Of a DNA stretch of 64,000 nucleotides, positions 37,112 to 47,907 are shown one piece after another. Position numbers and translations under genes: made by a program. The notes beneath the pieces are model-generated. The model saw nothing but the letters and a program-made list of their open reading frames with translations, did no database searches and had not been told where the DNA came from. How positions within the stretch are numbered: the stretch's first letter is position 1; each line of letters begins with the position of its first letter. This DNA comes from Candidatus Bathyarchaeia archaeon (GTDB lineage: Archaea > Thermoproteota > Bathyarchaeia > Bathyarchaeales > Bathycorpusculaceae): the NCBI GenBank assembly GCA_038883795.1, contig JAVZLK010000002.1, positions 96,001-160,000 of the forward strand, in the 5' to 3' direction.

Positions 37112-37218
37112 AGCGGGGTGGGGTAGCCAGGATTAACCCGCTGGGCTCATAACCCAGAGATCGGTCGTTCAAAAAGAGGTCAAGCCTTGACCTCTTGAAA
37201 GTCGACCCCCCGCTACCA
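37112..37218 (+). tRNA. tRNA-Met initiator (CAT) with a 28-nt T-loop intron (37174-37201)
   Basis: AGCGGGG/CCCCGCT acceptor stem (A1-U72), GGG/CCC in the anticodon stem, CAT anticodon, encoded CCA; bulge-helix-bulge whose removal restores T-loop TTCAAAT. Confidence 0.93.
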
Positions 37219-37291
37219 AAATCCGCCATTATTAATTTGGAAAGTATGAAAAGAGTTTGGAATGAAAATCAGATGGTTTTTGCGTTACTGG

Positions 37292-37513
37292 TTATTTTGA
37301 GAATGAAAATCCAGTGAGTCGCTCGTTTTCTTTGTAGACGATGCTTCCATTGACAGTTAGATTTTCAACTTGAAGTAATGAGTGCATAAGCTTTGCTTCT
37401 TCAATTTTTTGCTTAAGCTGCTTTCGTATTTTTTCAAGTAATCTAATTCTTTCGGGATTATGCATTTCCAAAAGGTCAACTTTTTTGGCTTTCTTTTTGT
37501 TTTGTGCAGCCAT
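37292..37513 (-). CDS. Hypothetical protein
   Basis: 73 aa ORF with SD-like AGGCGA; no recognisable motif. Confidence 0.45.
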   Translation of the reverse strand: MAAQNKKKAKKVDLLEMHNPERIRLLEKIRKQLKQKIEEAKLMHSLLQVENLTVNGSIVYKENERLTGFSFSK

Positions 37514-37704
37514 TTCTATTCGCCTGCCTATGAATAACCAGTGTCGTATATCTTAATAAATTCGTTCTTTCAGCTTTCTGCATATATCAAAAGGTGACAT
37601 ATATAGGAAGAAAAGCCCAAAATGTTAGTCTCACTATTATTTGACGGTTAGGAAATTATTCGAGACATAAAAAAGGGGAAGGAGAAGTTTTGGAATCGCT
37701 ATTT

Positions 37705-40700
37705 TTATGCTGGACAATGTTTGCCGAAGCCGCCTTTATATGTCGAAATGGAAATAATTGTTTCAGAGTATATGCTTCCAGTTGTTAAGTCGTAGTAAAC
37801 TATAAATCCTGTTCCTTTAGCTTGTTGTGAAGCTGTTAGGGTTAATGTTTGTGTTCCGTATGGCGTTAGAATGAAACTGTCTGGAGCCAGCGTAACTCCA
37901 TCTAAGGGTTTGAATCTTAAACCTCCAACATTCATTGTATAGTCTTGGCTTCCTGGTTCATGTATGGTGATTATGGCTGTCCAATAGCCTATTGTTGGAT
38001 CTGTGATTGTTATTGTTTGTCCTTTTGTGGTTACTTGTCCGCGGTTAGCTCCAGCTGGGTCGTAGAGGGTTAGGTGAAGTACATGGTCTCCTGTCCAGTC
38101 AAGGGATGCGGTTAACGTTATCATGTCTGGTGTTACTGGAATTAACCATGCATCATAGCCAACGTTTGTCCAGTCAAATGAGTATACTGTGCCTAGAACT
38201 TGTTCTGTGAATGTTTCTGTTTGAAATGATAGAATCATTGTTTGGACATTTACATACCCGGGTATGTTGTTTGAAACCATGAATGTTTTGCTGGTTGCTG
38301 GTTTTAGGGAAAGATAATCTGGCGTGTTTATTGGTTTACCTTGTTTTAGTGTTATTTTTAGAGTTTCGCTGAATATGTCGCCAAAGTATATGGCGTGGAT
38401 TCCGATGTACCAGTAGCCCGGGTAGAGGCAGAAGGTTGAAAGAAGCTCCATTGTTGTTCCAGTTGTAGTGTACCAGTATTGTCCGCCGCCTTGCGGTCGC
38501 ACTATTTCAACAAAAGGAGCATAGGATAGGGCTTCAACTTCACCGTCTGGGGCGATGAGGAAAACGTCGAAGTCTGCATCTGGATAAGTCCATTCAACTG
38601 TAAGCATTATGTGTCCAATAGTACAGACTTTTACTGGTAAGTATATCCAATCGCCTGAAGCAGTAGCTCTTGGTTCGTTAACGACATTGGCTTCAACGTA
38701 AAACGTCTGTCCAAGTTTGGCTGGAACAGTAACAACTATTGGTATTGTGATTTGTGCGCCGTTGCATGTAACTTTCACAAATCCGCTGTAGCTGCCTGGG
38801 GCTGTGTTTTTTGGAACCGAGATTTTAGTAAATAACTGTTTACCCATAATGGTTGTAGAGATCCAGTTCCAAGCAACGAATCTATAAAATGTTATTTTTA
38901 CGTCAACAGGCTCAACAGTTAAGCCTCTATATGGGTTCCATATCCAAAGCACATAGCTTCCAGGCGTAACTCTGGCGTTGAACCACTGAATGTTTGTGTG
39001 GGCGTATGCATAGTTTATCAATATCCATCTTCCGTCTTCCTCGACCCGGTAGAGCGCCGTGTTAAGATGTATGTCCGTCCAGGTGCTTCCATCATACTCT
39101 TTTACTGGGCATCCATAGGCATATTCAGGCGGAAACTTCAGTTTTACATCCGCAAATTCGGTTCCTTCTGGAATTTCAAAGGGTAGGAATGTGCCTGGAT
39201 ATGGTATGGATAAGTCTTCGAAGGATATGGAATTAAACATCTCAAGTTTGGTTGTATATGCACTGTCAATGTTATCTGTGAAAGTGGACTTTGCCATGTA
39301 ACTGCACCCAGCTGAAAGGGTCGCTTCTATGGCATCTGTGTCAGAGTATGGGCGTTCACTTAGCGCAGCTAAAACTGCTTGTTCTGCGTCTACACGACCT
39401 GCTCCTTGACGAGTTGCCGGATAACCAAGGTCTTTTGCAGTGTTCATGAGTATTTCTTTTACACCTGCTGGTGATGGAGAAGTACCGTGGGCTTGCCTAT
39501 AGGCTTGAATTACTAATGCGCCTACTCCTGCAGCTATTGGTGTTGCCATGCTTGTTCCACCGAACTGAAGCCATAGATAGTATGGATAAGTATCCAATGT
39601 GAAGCCCCATGCGCCGATTGCGCATACGTCTGGGTCTATTCTACCGTCTGCTGTAGGGCCTCCACTGCTCCAGAATATTAACTGGTCGTTTTCATAGCCG
39701 TCTGCAGGCCATGTTGGCCAGTAACCAAGCCACCAATATACAAAAGAGTTTTCTGTTGAAGCCCCAACTGTGATAACGCTTTTACCACAGCCAGCACAAG
39801 AAACTGTGCCGAGGCCTTGGCTGTTGCCTGCAGCAACAAAGCAAGCTACCCCTCGTTTAGTAGCAGCATCCAACGCCAAACATGTTGGGTCATTTCCATC
39901 GTTTGGAATTTCTAATCCCCCGAGGCTCATGCTGATTATGTCTGCTCCACTTTCAACAGCCCACTCGATGCCCTCAATAATCCAAGAATCCCAGCCCCAA
40001 CCAGCATCCGTGAGAACTTTTCCTCCAATGATTTTGGCTCCTGGAGCAACACCCAAAACCTTAAAGTATATGCCTGGCACGCCCAAGTCCCAATCCACAA
40101 TGCCTTGGGCAGCAACACATCCAGCGCATGCTGTTCCATGTCCGTAACCATCGTGTGGAAACACGTCCTCCTCACTTGTAAACACTTTGTAGTCAATGAC
40201 AACGCCTTCCAGGTCTGGGTGTTCATAGAAAATTCCAGTGTCCAAGATAGCCACGGTAACGCCTGAACCATCAATTCCCATTTCCCAAGCCTTGTCTGCG
40301 CCTATCCAGAATGGAAACTGCGAATACCAATATGGATAAGTTTCGATGAAGTTTTCAATTGCAATTTCGCTGTCGTCTGATTGTGGAACTGGAATCAGAT
40401 ATCTCTTCTCATCCAACAGAATTCTATCCACGTCAACAAGCGCTGTCAAAGCTGGAATCTTGTCTGCTGGAAGCGAAACTGAAATAGCGTTTATAATGTC
40501 ATGTTCAGCATTAATTACTCCGCCCAAGCCACGGATACAATCCAAAGCTGCAGTTTTACTAACACCATCTTTCAGGACAACAACAACACGATACTCGCCA
40601 GCGGGTTCCATTTGAATCTGAGCGCGAAGATCAGGCTCCAGCTTGTCAAGATTAACCCTCATAGTAATTCCCGACGCCCTAACATTAGGAATCGGCGTAA

Positions 40701-40767
40701 AGGCAACTAAACTTAGTAAAATCGTTGCAACCACTAATGTTGAGACTATTTTCTTATTCAAATTCAT
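37705..40767 (-). CDS. Secreted S8 subtilase with I9-like propeptide and C-terminal beta domains
   Basis: Signal peptide; ILDTG, GHGTACAG, AAGN, GGTSMATP catalytic triad motifs. Confidence 0.93.
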   Translation of the reverse strand: MNLNKKIVSTLVVATILLSLVAFTPIPNVRASGITMRVNLDKLEPDLRAQIQMEPAGEYRVVVVLKDGVSKTAALDCIRGLGGVINAEHDIINAISVSLPADKIPALTALVDVDRILLDEKRYLIPVPQSDDSEIAIENFIETYPYWYSQFPFWIGADKAWEMGIDGSGVTVAILDTGIFYEHPDLEGVVIDYKVFTSEEDVFPHDGYGHGTACAGCVAAQGIVDWDLGVPGIYFKVLGVAPGAKIIGGKVLTDAGWGWDSWIIEGIEWAVESGADIISMSLGGLEIPNDGNDPTCLALDAATKRGVACFVAAGNSQGLGTVSCAGCGKSVITVGASTENSFVYWWLGYWPTWPADGYENDQLIFWSSGGPTADGRIDPDVCAIGAWGFTLDTYPYYLWLQFGGTSMATPIAAGVGALVIQAYRQAHGTSPSPAGVKEILMNTAKDLGYPATRQGAGRVDAEQAVLAALSERPYSDTDAIEATLSAGCSYMAKSTFTDNIDSAYTTKLEMFNSISFEDLSIPYPGTFLPFEIPEGTEFADVKLKFPPEYAYGCPVKEYDGSTWTDIHLNTALYRVEEDGRWILINYAYAHTNIQWFNARVTPGSYVLWIWNPYRGLTVEPVDVKITFYRFVAWNWISTTIMGKQLFTKISVPKNTAPGSYSGFVKVTCNGAQITIPIVVTVPAKLGQTFYVEANVVNEPRATASGDWIYLPVKVCTIGHIMLTVEWTYPDADFDVFLIAPDGEVEALSYAPFVEIVRPQGGGQYWYTTTGTTMELLSTFCLYPGYWYIGIHAIYFGDIFSETLKITLKQGKPINTPDYLSLKPATSKTFMVSNNIPGYVNVQTMILSFQTETFTEQVLGTVYSFDWTNVGYDAWLIPVTPDMITLTASLDWTGDHVLHLTLYDPAGANRGQVTTKGQTITITDPTIGYWTAIITIHEPGSQDYTMNVGGLRFKPLDGVTLAPDSFILTPYGTQTLTLTASQQAKGTGFIVYYDLTTGSIYSETIISISTYKGGFGKHCPA

Positions 40768-40998
40768 CCACCTCAGAATCTTTCCTTTTCTCCCCTTTTC
40801 TGCAACTCTTTTTTAGCGATTTCTAAATTTATATTTTACGGAAATATGTTCTAGTCATCACACATGCTTAAAATTATCCTAGAATGAGATTTTTACATCA
40901 GTAAAAAGAAATTCTGAAGGAGAATTAATAAATAATTAGAATCAAAAGAAACAGAATAGACGCACCAAACTTTAAATCCAAAGCAAGGTAAGATTAAA

Positions 40999-42525
40999 AT
41001 GCATGTTGACGCCTTGGAAAATGCGTTACTCTCGGTTACCATTAATCCTATTCTTAAATCGTTAATTGGCATGTTCGACGAAAAATGCCTTGCAGATGGA
41101 AGCTTACTTCTAAATTCTCTGAAAGACTTCTTAGGCGCACCAGTCCCTCTCTGCCTGAGATGCCAACATATAAGCAACAAACTAGCCAAACCATTTTATG
41201 AGCTTGGAAGTCGTTTTTTGCGTGTTGATAAAAATTTCATGCGTAATCAGTTTCTTAATCAGGAGTATGGTGAGGCTTGGTTGAGAGGTTTTGGTTTAAT
41301 GATGAAGGGTATTGAAAAGTATGGTGTGCGTGTTCCCTTCACGCCGGCTGGTCCTTTTGAAATTGTTTGGAATTTTACCTATCAATGTAATTTGAGATGT
41401 AAACATTGTTATGAAAATGCTGGTGGCGGAAAACGTCCAGAGCTTTCAACAGAAGAAGCCAAACAAGTCTTGGATATTCTTTCAAAAATTGCGGGCATTG
41501 GCTTGCCAGCCCTATCCTTTAGCGGAGGCGAACCCCTCGCTAGAAAGGATTTCTTTGAGCTTGCAGCTTACGCCAAAAAACGCATAGGATATGTGAGTAT
41601 AGCCTCCAATGGAACCCTCATCACCAAGGATAATGCGAGAAGGATTAAGGATGTTGGAATTGATTATGCGGAAATAAGCATTGACGGCGCCACGCCAAGC
41701 GTACATGACGAGTTTAGGGGCATACCGGGCGCTTTTGAAAGAGCTATGGAAGGCGTTAAAAATTGTGTGGAAGCGGGCGTAGATACGTGTATTGCAACAA
41801 CCATACATCGAGATAATCTATCTGAACTCGGCAAATTGATAGAACTGTCTAAGCAGTTGGGCGTAAGATTTATGCATTTTAATTACATCCCGACTGGAAG
41901 GGCTAAAGCCTATGTTGAATTAGACCTAACTCCAGACGAAAGGCTTTATGTGCTGGAGACAATAGGGAAAGAAATAATTGGGTTGTATTTACAAGCGAAA
42001 GAGGAAGAACTGAAAAGTGGAAAATCAAACATCAAAGTTGACAGGTTTTTCAGCACATGTCCTCAATACGCTAGCGTAACAAAAGAGCTTTCAAAACAGT
42101 TTGGCGAGAAATTTATGGTTGAAGCCCACTACGCGGCAAAAAAAGGTGTAGAAAGCGTGGCAAACTTTTTGGGCGGATGCGGAGCTGGACGCTTATACTG
42201 TTGTCTTGAACCAAACGGTGACATAAAACCCTGCGTTTTCTTCCCCACAAACAGCGACACAGTTTTGGGTAACATACTGAAAGACGATTTTGAAGAGATA
42301 TGGGATAAACATCCACTTTTATGGAAGCTTCGCATAAGAGAAAACCTTAAAGACTACATTGTTGACGGAAAAAGGATTGGTTGCGGAAGCTGCTCAGAAA
42401 AATATATATGCGGGGGCTGCCGAGCAAGAGCCTACAGCTATTTCAATGGAAACGTGAACACGCCAGATATTGGATGTATCCATAACAAGCCTTTATGGGA
42501 AAAAATAGTTGGAAATAAAAGGTAA
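40999..42525 (+). CDS. Radical SAM/SPASM protein
   Basis: CNLRCKHC, SGGEP, GCGAGRLY...PC, CGSC...CGGCRARA. Confidence 0.92.
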   Translation: MHVDALENALLSVTINPILKSLIGMFDEKCLADGSLLLNSLKDFLGAPVPLCLRCQHISNKLAKPFYELGSRFLRVDKNFMRNQFLNQEYGEAWLRGFGLMMKGIEKYGVRVPFTPAGPFEIVWNFTYQCNLRCKHCYENAGGGKRPELSTEEAKQVLDILSKIAGIGLPALSFSGGEPLARKDFFELAAYAKKRIGYVSIASNGTLITKDNARRIKDVGIDYAEISIDGATPSVHDEFRGIPGAFERAMEGVKNCVEAGVDTCIATTIHRDNLSELGKLIELSKQLGVRFMHFNYIPTGRAKAYVELDLTPDERLYVLETIGKEIIGLYLQAKEEELKSGKSNIKVDRFFSTCPQYASVTKELSKQFGEKFMVEAHYAAKKGVESVANFLGGCGAGRLYCCLEPNGDIKPCVFFPTNSDTVLGNILKDDFEEIWDKHPLLWKLRIRENLKDYIVDGKRIGCGSCSEKYICGGCRARAYSYFNGNVNTPDIGCIHNKPLWEKIVGNKR

Positions 42526-42533
42526 TTTAGCGT

Positions 42534-42731
42534 TTAGGCTTTTCCCTTCTCCTCTTTGCCGAAGTACTTTGTCCACTTAAGTTTTCTTGCATCCCGTCCT
42601 AATTTCAAGGAGCTTTTTCTGCATTTGCTTGAACAAAACCACAAAGTTGACCCATCATTTCTAACGTACATTATGCCTGTTCCCGCTGGGAATTCGTTGC
42701 CGCAAAAGGAACATTTTCTCGGTTTAGGCAA
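42534..42731 (-). CDS. rpl24e: 50S ribosomal protein eL24
   Basis: CSFCG...[17 protein letters not shown]...KLKWT. Confidence 0.97.
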   Translation of the reverse strand: MPKPRKCSFCGNEFPAGTGIMYVRNDGSTLWFCSSKCRKSSLKLGRDARKLKWTKYFGKEEKGKA

Positions 42732-42763
42732 AGTTAAACCCCTCTTGTTGACTTGAATTTTGA

Positions 42764-42994
42764 TTATCTTGTGATTTTCTTTGCTTCCCTTTCCGTTTCT
42801 CTAAGCATTAATATGTCTTGAACTCGCACTGGTCCCTTAACATTTCGCGTTATTATGCGTCCCTTGTCTTTTCCCTCTAAAATGCGAACCCTAACTTGGG
42901 TAATTTCGCCTGTTACGCCTGTCCGCCCAATAATTTGAATAACTTCTGCTGGAGTTATTTCCTCCGCAGCCTCTTTTTCTTCTTTGCTCATCAC
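42764..42994 (-). CDS. rps28e: 30S ribosomal protein eS28
   Basis: [25 protein letters not shown]. Confidence 0.97.
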   Translation of the reverse strand: MMSKEEKEAAEEITPAEVIQIIGRTGVTGEITQVRVRILEGKDKGRIITRNVKGPVRVQDILMLRETEREAKKITR

Positions 42995-43371
42995 TTGGCT
43001 CCTCTTTTCAAAGTTTCAACCCTTGAAATTATCTCTTTAACTAATCCCGCAGCATCTCCTTCCTTAACTATGCATGCCGAAGCAGCTGAAACATCTATGC
43101 CTATGGAACTGCCTATTTTCTCCTTGCTTGGAACAAAAACGTATGGGATTTTTCTTTCTTCGCATAAAAGCGGCAGATGAGCTACAACTTCTGGAGGGTC
43201 AACATCTTCCGCTATCACAACAAGTTTTGCTTGGGCTCTTTCAACAGCCTTCGTGGTTTCATTTGTTCCTTTCCTAACTATTCCAGTTTTTGCGGCTATT
43301 TGGAGGGCTTCATAGGCTGCATCTGCAATTTCTTTCGGGACCTCAAATTTTACGTAAAAGGGTTTTGACAT
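42991..43371 (-). CDS. rpl7ae: 50S ribosomal protein L7Ae (eL8)
   Basis: [28 protein letters not shown]. Confidence 0.97.
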   Translation of the reverse strand: MSKPFYVKFEVPKEIADAAYEALQIAAKTGIVRKGTNETTKAVERAQAKLVVIAEDVDPPEVVAHLPLLCEERKIPYVFVPSKEKIGSSIGIDVSAASACIVKEGDAAGLVKEIISRVETLKRGAK

Positions 43372-43534
43372 TAGCCTCACCCGTCAAATCCACAAAGTTA
43401 ACATTACTTATTTATGAAGGTTTCGACTAAAATTGGGGCAATATGAGGCTTTAAGCCCAAATTGAAGTAGAAAGGTTTATATAAAATGCTTTGGTTTGAA
43501 CCATTCTGCTTTTCCGTGAGGGGAATTTAAAAGT

Positions 43535-43783
43535 TTGCAGAGAATAGGCCGAGTTCTCCACCTAAGTTCAAGCCGAAACCTTATAATAAAAATTGAAAGT
43601 AGCGCTCCAAAAATCGGCGAAACAGTTGTTGACGAAAATTTAACGCCTGTTGGAAAGGTTTTTGACATTTTCGGTCCAGTTTCCTCGCCCTATGCAGTAG
43701 TAAAGCCAACCTTGCGAGAAGCTGAGAAATTGGCGGGTAAGGTGTTGTATGTTTTCCCCTCTAAAGGAGAAAGGAGAAGATGA
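43535..43783 (+). CDS. gar1: H/ACA RNP protein Gar1
   Basis: [15 protein letters not shown]; upstream of tfb. Confidence 0.9.
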   Translation: MQRIGRVLHLSSSRNLIIKIESSAPKIGETVVDENLTPVGKVFDIFGPVSSPYAVVKPTLREAEKLAGKVLYVFPSKGERRR

Positions 43784-44760
43784 ATTTGAGCAGTGATGGG
43801 GAAGGGCGTGAGGATTCTGACCCTGCATTACCATTGCAGCATGTTGAGCCTACAAAGGTTCAACGTTGCCCAGAATGTGGCAGCACAAGACTTATGCGAG
43901 ATTATGAATGCGCCGAAATAGTTTGCATGGACTGCGGCTTCGTTGTGGCAGCAAAAATAGCCGATAGGGGACCAGAATGGCGAGCTTTTGATGATGAACA
44001 GAGGGCTAAGAGAACAAGGGTTGGCGCTCCCCTAACTTATACCATACATGATAAAGGCTTGTCAACAATGATTGATTGGCATGACCGTGACATTTATGGA
44101 AAAAGCTTGTCCCCTGGGCAAAAGGCACAGGTTTATCGCCTTAGAAAATGGCAACGTCGCATAAGGGTTTCTGATGCAACGGAACGTAATCTCGCCTTTG
44201 CATTGTCTGAAATAACAAAGTTCGCTACCAACCTTAGCCTTCCCAAAAACATTCTTGAAACGGCATCCGTCATTTACAGAAAAGCGGTCAAGGAAAGATT
44301 GATCCGTGGAAGGTCTATTCAAGGCGTAACTGCTGCAGCAATTTATTTGGCCTGTAGACAATGCGGATTGCCCAGAACATTGGAGGAGATAGCCCAAGCA
44401 TCCAACGTAAACAAAAAAGAGATTGGTCGCAGTTATCGTTTCCTAATCAAAGAGCTTGATTATTCAATCCCACCGCTTAAGCCAAGCCAGTACATAACAA
44501 AGTTTTCAAACCAGCTAACAATGCAGGGAAAAGTTGAAGAAATCGCCCACAAAATTTTATCAGCAGCGAAAGAGCTAAAACTAACTTCTGGTCGCGGTCC
44601 CACAGGAATTGCTGCCGCTGCAAGTTATATCGCTTCTGTGTTAACTGGCGAAAGAAAAACCCAGAGGGAAATAGCCGAAATAGCGCAAGTAACAGAGGTT
44701 ACCATTCGAAACCGCTACAAGGAACTCGTTGAAAGATTAATGTTTCAAATAACTATCTAA
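43780..44760 (+). CDS. tfb: Transcription initiation factor IIB
   Basis: CPECG...CMDCG Zn ribbon, [26 protein letters not shown]. Confidence 0.98.
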   Translation: MNLSSDGEGREDSDPALPLQHVEPTKVQRCPECGSTRLMRDYECAEIVCMDCGFVVAAKIADRGPEWRAFDDEQRAKRTRVGAPLTYTIHDKGLSTMIDWHDRDIYGKSLSPGQKAQVYRLRKWQRRIRVSDATERNLAFALSEITKFATNLSLPKNILETASVIYRKAVKERLIRGRSIQGVTAAAIYLACRQCGLPRTLEEIAQASNVNKKEIGRSYRFLIKELDYSIPPLKPSQYITKFSNQLTMQGKVEEIAHKILSAAKELKLTSGRGPTGIAAAASYIASVLTGERKTQREIAEIAQVTEVTIRNRYKELVERLMFQITI

Positions 44761-44808
44761 ATTTTCTCTCCTTTTTCTATGCATATACTCAGCTTGTGTA
44801 AGTGCTTT

Positions 44809-45099
44809 TTAAAGAAGTTCTTCTTCCTCGCAGCTAGGGCATTCGCTGCTCTCTTCTTTTTCTTCCTCTAAAGGGTATGTAACCTCACGGAGTTCTTGGA
44901 GAAATTCCTGTGGGATTTTTTCTTTTAATGTTTTAGCTTCCTTTTTTAGTTTGTTTACTTCATTTTCTAACTCTTTTGCTTTTTCGCTTAGTTCCACAAT
45001 TTCTTTAAGCTGTCCTATCTCCTCCAAAAGCATGCTTTTCTCCTTTTCTAAAGCCCTAATCTTTTCTTCCAACTTCGTTTTCATTTCAACAGCCTTCAT
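44809..45099 (-). CDS. Coiled-coil protein with acidic CxxC tail
   Basis: Heptad pattern; ends ECPSCEEEELL. Confidence 0.7.
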   Translation of the reverse strand: MKAVEMKTKLEEKIRALEKEKSMLLEEIGQLKEIVELSEKAKELENEVNKLKKEAKTLKEKIPQEFLQELREVTYPLEEEKEESSECPSCEEEELL

Positions 45100-45205
45100 A
45101 ACCCTTCACCCCTCCTCCTCTTATATTTGGTTTACAATTAATAATTTATCCTCCTTGGAATGCAAAACACATTTTAACTTTAAATGACAATTATTATAGG
45201 GGTTT

Positions 45206-45640
45206 GTGTTGGTTAAATGTCCAAAATGTGGTGTTGAAGCAGCCACACCAACTAAAACTTGGACCATTTCTCCTAAGAAACCAGTGAAAGAGGGCGAAGA
45301 AGTTGGAATTGTTATGGGAATATTTGAATGTCCAAATTGTAAAGCTAGATTTAGGTCTGCTTTGACTGCTGAAACTAGGGTTGAGGAGAGAGTAAGTATT
45401 AAAAATATGGTTGAAAGAATTAAAGGTATAAAGGGAGAGCTCATGCAGACTTTAAAGAATCTTCGTGAAAAAATAAAGACTTTAGAGACTGAACGGGCAA
45501 ATTTGATGATTGAAATTGAAAAATTAAAGAAAGTTGCCGAATCAAGGGTTAGCGCCCTTGAAAGCGAGGTAAGCATGCTGCGAGAAGAGGTAAAGTCTCT
45601 AAGAGACCTTTTGGGGTATCCAGAAGAAACAGAAAAATAA
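45206..45640 (+). CDS. Cren7-like chromatin domain (with two CxxC) fused to a coiled coil
   Basis: PTKTWTISPK...IVMGIFECPNCKARFR resembles Cren7 (PEKVWALAPK...KIGLFKDP..GKYFR); about 80 aa heptad tail. Confidence 0.7.
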   Translation: MLVKCPKCGVEAATPTKTWTISPKKPVKEGEEVGIVMGIFECPNCKARFRSALTAETRVEERVSIKNMVERIKGIKGELMQTLKNLREKIKTLETERANLMIEIEKLKKVAESRVSALESEVSMLREEVKSLRDLLGYPEETEK

Positions 45641-45653
45641 CAGTGATACCTGC

Positions 45654-46058
45654 TTAAGCTTTCAAATATTTTTTATAATATTCTTGAGCCTTGGCTACAG
45701 CTTTTTCTGGATTTTTTAGAATTAGATATTGTGTGTTTGGCGAAAGTTTCTGGCATTCGCTGAAATATTCAACAACCTTTTTCACGTTTCCTTCATAAAT
45801 GGCTAAGCCGCCTGCAATTTCATACCATGTTCGTGCTCTGACAAGATCTTTTTCTTTCTCGAATTTTTTGGCGTTTTCTGCTGCTTCTTTCATAGATGTT
45901 GTGATTTTTCTCGGGTCAAGGAACATGGTATTGTATAATGCTTCATAGGTTTCTTTGTCGTCTCCGCAGATTTGTTCAAGTTCGGTTATTGTCTTTGCAG
46001 TTTCTGTGTCCGCCTTCTTTTCTTCTTTTTTCTTTCTAAATCTGTCAAGTATACCCAA
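45654..46058 (-). CDS. Hypothetical helical (TPR-like) protein
   Basis: ARTWYEIAGGLAIYEG helical repeats. Confidence 0.7.
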   Translation of the reverse strand: MGILDRFRKKKEEKKADTETAKTITELEQICGDDKETYEALYNTMFLDPRKITTSMKEAAENAKKFEKEKDLVRARTWYEIAGGLAIYEGNVKKVVEYFSECQKLSPNTQYLILKNPEKAVAKAQEYYKKYLKA

Positions 46059-46123
46059 TGTTATTCCTCCTTTGTTTCAGTGTATTTAGGGTATGAGTAT
46101 AAGTAACAGTTAATTTTAAAGGT

Positions 46124-46759
46124 TTGTTGCTTATAAAATACTTTATGCCATACAAGTTTACCTTCGACCTTTCGAGGGTTCCCCGTTTCTTCTTTACTGA
46201 AGTAGCTAGGGTTGGGTTTCAGAAGGGTCTCCATAAAAGGGTTAGTGAGACTGTGCAGGAGATGATTAAAAAGTTTAGAATTCAAGAGATTACGGGGCTC
46301 AACTTGTCTGACGCTGTTTCTCTCCTCCAAGACCTTATAGATATGCAAGCCAGAAACCTTTTAGAAAGGGAACGGTTTGAGCAGACGAGAAGAAGAGTTC
46401 TTTTTCTGCCGCATTGTTCTAGGAAATATATGGATAATCGTTGTAAGGCAACCTTTGACCCCAACATTCCATCATACAGTTGTGCGCATTGTTCCCCAGA
46501 CTGCCTAATTAACAGGGCGGTGCTTCTCGCCGAAAAAAGGGGTTATGACGTCTACATATTGCCGGGCGGGTCGTGTGTTCAGAAAATTTTGAAAAATAAT
46601 CATTATGATGGGGTTATTGGAGTTGCTTGTGGCGAAGAAATAAAATTAAGCGGTGAGGCATTAAGCCATTTGGGAATTGCTGGTCAAGCTGTTCCTTTAA
46701 TAAAGAATGGTTGTGCAAACACCATTTTTAACATCGAAACTTTGTCAAATATCCTTTAA
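46124..46759 (+). CDS. DUF116-family protein
   Basis: LFLPHCSR, CAHC..DC.I, ILPGGS, GVAC. Confidence 0.85.
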   Translation: MLLIKYFMPYKFTFDLSRVPRFFFTEVARVGFQKGLHKRVSETVQEMIKKFRIQEITGLNLSDAVSLLQDLIDMQARNLLERERFEQTRRRVLFLPHCSRKYMDNRCKATFDPNIPSYSCAHCSPDCLINRAVLLAEKRGYDVYILPGGSCVQKILKNNHYDGVIGVACGEEIKLSGEALSHLGIAGQAVPLIKNGCANTIFNIETLSNIL

Positions 46760-46781
46760 AGAAGAAGAGACTATCTTAAGA

Positions 46782-46943
46782 TTACTTTACAAGTTCTCTT
46801 TTCTTCCAGCGCAAGTTTTTGCTTCGGCATTTTCTGCATTTAACTGCGGTTGCAGCATTTCTGGCGCCGCATTCTCTGCATATTTTCATGTATAATCTAT
46901 GTTTTTGGGCGAGAGTTTTTTTAAGTGGATCCATTATTGGCAT
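46782..46943 (-). CDS. rpl40e: 50S ribosomal protein eL40
   Basis: Manual translation MPIMDPLKKTLAQKHRLYMKICRECGARNAATAVKCRKCRSKNLRWKKRELVK; below the ORF-track cutoff. Confidence 0.95.
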   Translation of the reverse strand: MPIMDPLKKTLAQKHRLYMKICRECGARNAATAVKCRKCRSKNLRWKKRELVK

Positions 46944-47045
46944 TTGGTTTGCCTCTGTTAAGTGGCTAAAAGTGAAATATTATACTGGAAAATATACTTT
47001 TTGCATTTTTATGAACGTTTCTCTGGGGCTTTCTAAACGGCGATT

Positions 47046-47906
47046 TTATGTCAGCAACTCTGCTACGTCGCTTGGTTTTTCTGCCACTTTCACGTTGGCT
47101 TTTTTGAAGGCTTCTATTTTGCTTTCTGCAGTTCCAGCTTTTCCCATCACTATGGCTCCAGCGTGCCCCATACGTTTTCCAGGCGGGGCAGTGCGTCCAG
47201 CTATGAAGGCCACGACAGGTTTTGGATATTTTTCTTTTTGTATGTATTCTGCGGCGAGTTCTTCGAGGTTTCCGCCTATTTCACCTATTAAGACGACAGC
47301 TTCTGTTTGCGGGTCTTCTTTAAACATTTTTAGGGCGTCTATGAAGTTTAAACCCGTTATTGGGTCTCCCCCTAAGCCGAGACATGTGGATTGTCCTAAG
47401 CCTTTTCTTGTTAGGCTTGCTGCGATTTCGTATGTTAGGGTTCCGCTTCTTGAAACCATTCCTATGCTGCCTTTTTTGAAAATGTGGGCTGGCATTATTC
47501 CGAGTTTGCTTTCTTCTGGTGTGATTATGCCAGGCGTGTTTGGTCCAATTATTGTTGCTTTTAGTTGTTTTGCCGTTGCCATTAGGTTTATTGCATCTTT
47601 TATGGGGATGTGCTCCGTTATTATCACAATGGTTCTTATCCCATTTTCAAGCGCTTCTAAGGCTGCGTCTGCGGCGAAGGGTGCTGGAACGAAAATTATT
47701 GAGGCGTTTGCTGAATGTTTTTCTTGGGCTTCTTCCACGGTATCATAAACTGGGATTCCGTGGACTTGGGTTCCGCCTTTTCCGGGGGTTACTCCAGCCA
47801 CTATTTTTGTTCCGTATTCAAGCATGAGTTTTGTGTGGAAGCTTCCTTGGGTTCCTGTTATGCCTTGAACTATAGCGCGTGTATCTTTTCCTATTATTAT
47901 TCCCAA
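47046..47906 (-). CDS. sucD: Succinyl-CoA ligase alpha subunit
   Basis: [30 protein letters not shown] (phospho-His). Confidence 0.95.
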   Translation of the reverse strand: MGIIIGKDTRAIVQGITGTQGSFHTKLMLEYGTKIVAGVTPGKGGTQVHGIPVYDTVEEAQEKHSANASIIFVPAPFAADAALEALENGIRTIVIITEHIPIKDAINLMATAKQLKATIIGPNTPGIITPEESKLGIMPAHIFKKGSIGMVSRSGTLTYEIAASLTRKGLGQSTCLGLGGDPITGLNFIDALKMFKEDPQTEAVVLIGEIGGNLEELAAEYIQKEKYPKPVVAFIAGRTAPPGKRMGHAGAIVMGKAGTAESKIEAFKKANVKVAEKPSDVAELLT

Positions 47907-47907
47907 A

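Noticed and set aside
37112-40800. Island integrated at tRNA-iMet carrying the S8 protease
   Set aside because: No duplicated tRNA 3' end and no recombinase seen nearby.
43381-44810. RNase P RNA or other ncRNA next to gar1-tfb, or a k-turn in the L7Ae leader
   Set aside because: Intergenic gaps are too short and AT-rich; no convincing conserved motifs or tandem GA/AG pairs identified.
46819-47748. 309 aa plus-strand ORF
   Set aside because: Antisense shadow of sucD and rpl40e; the other short antisense ORFs in the track were dismissed likewise.
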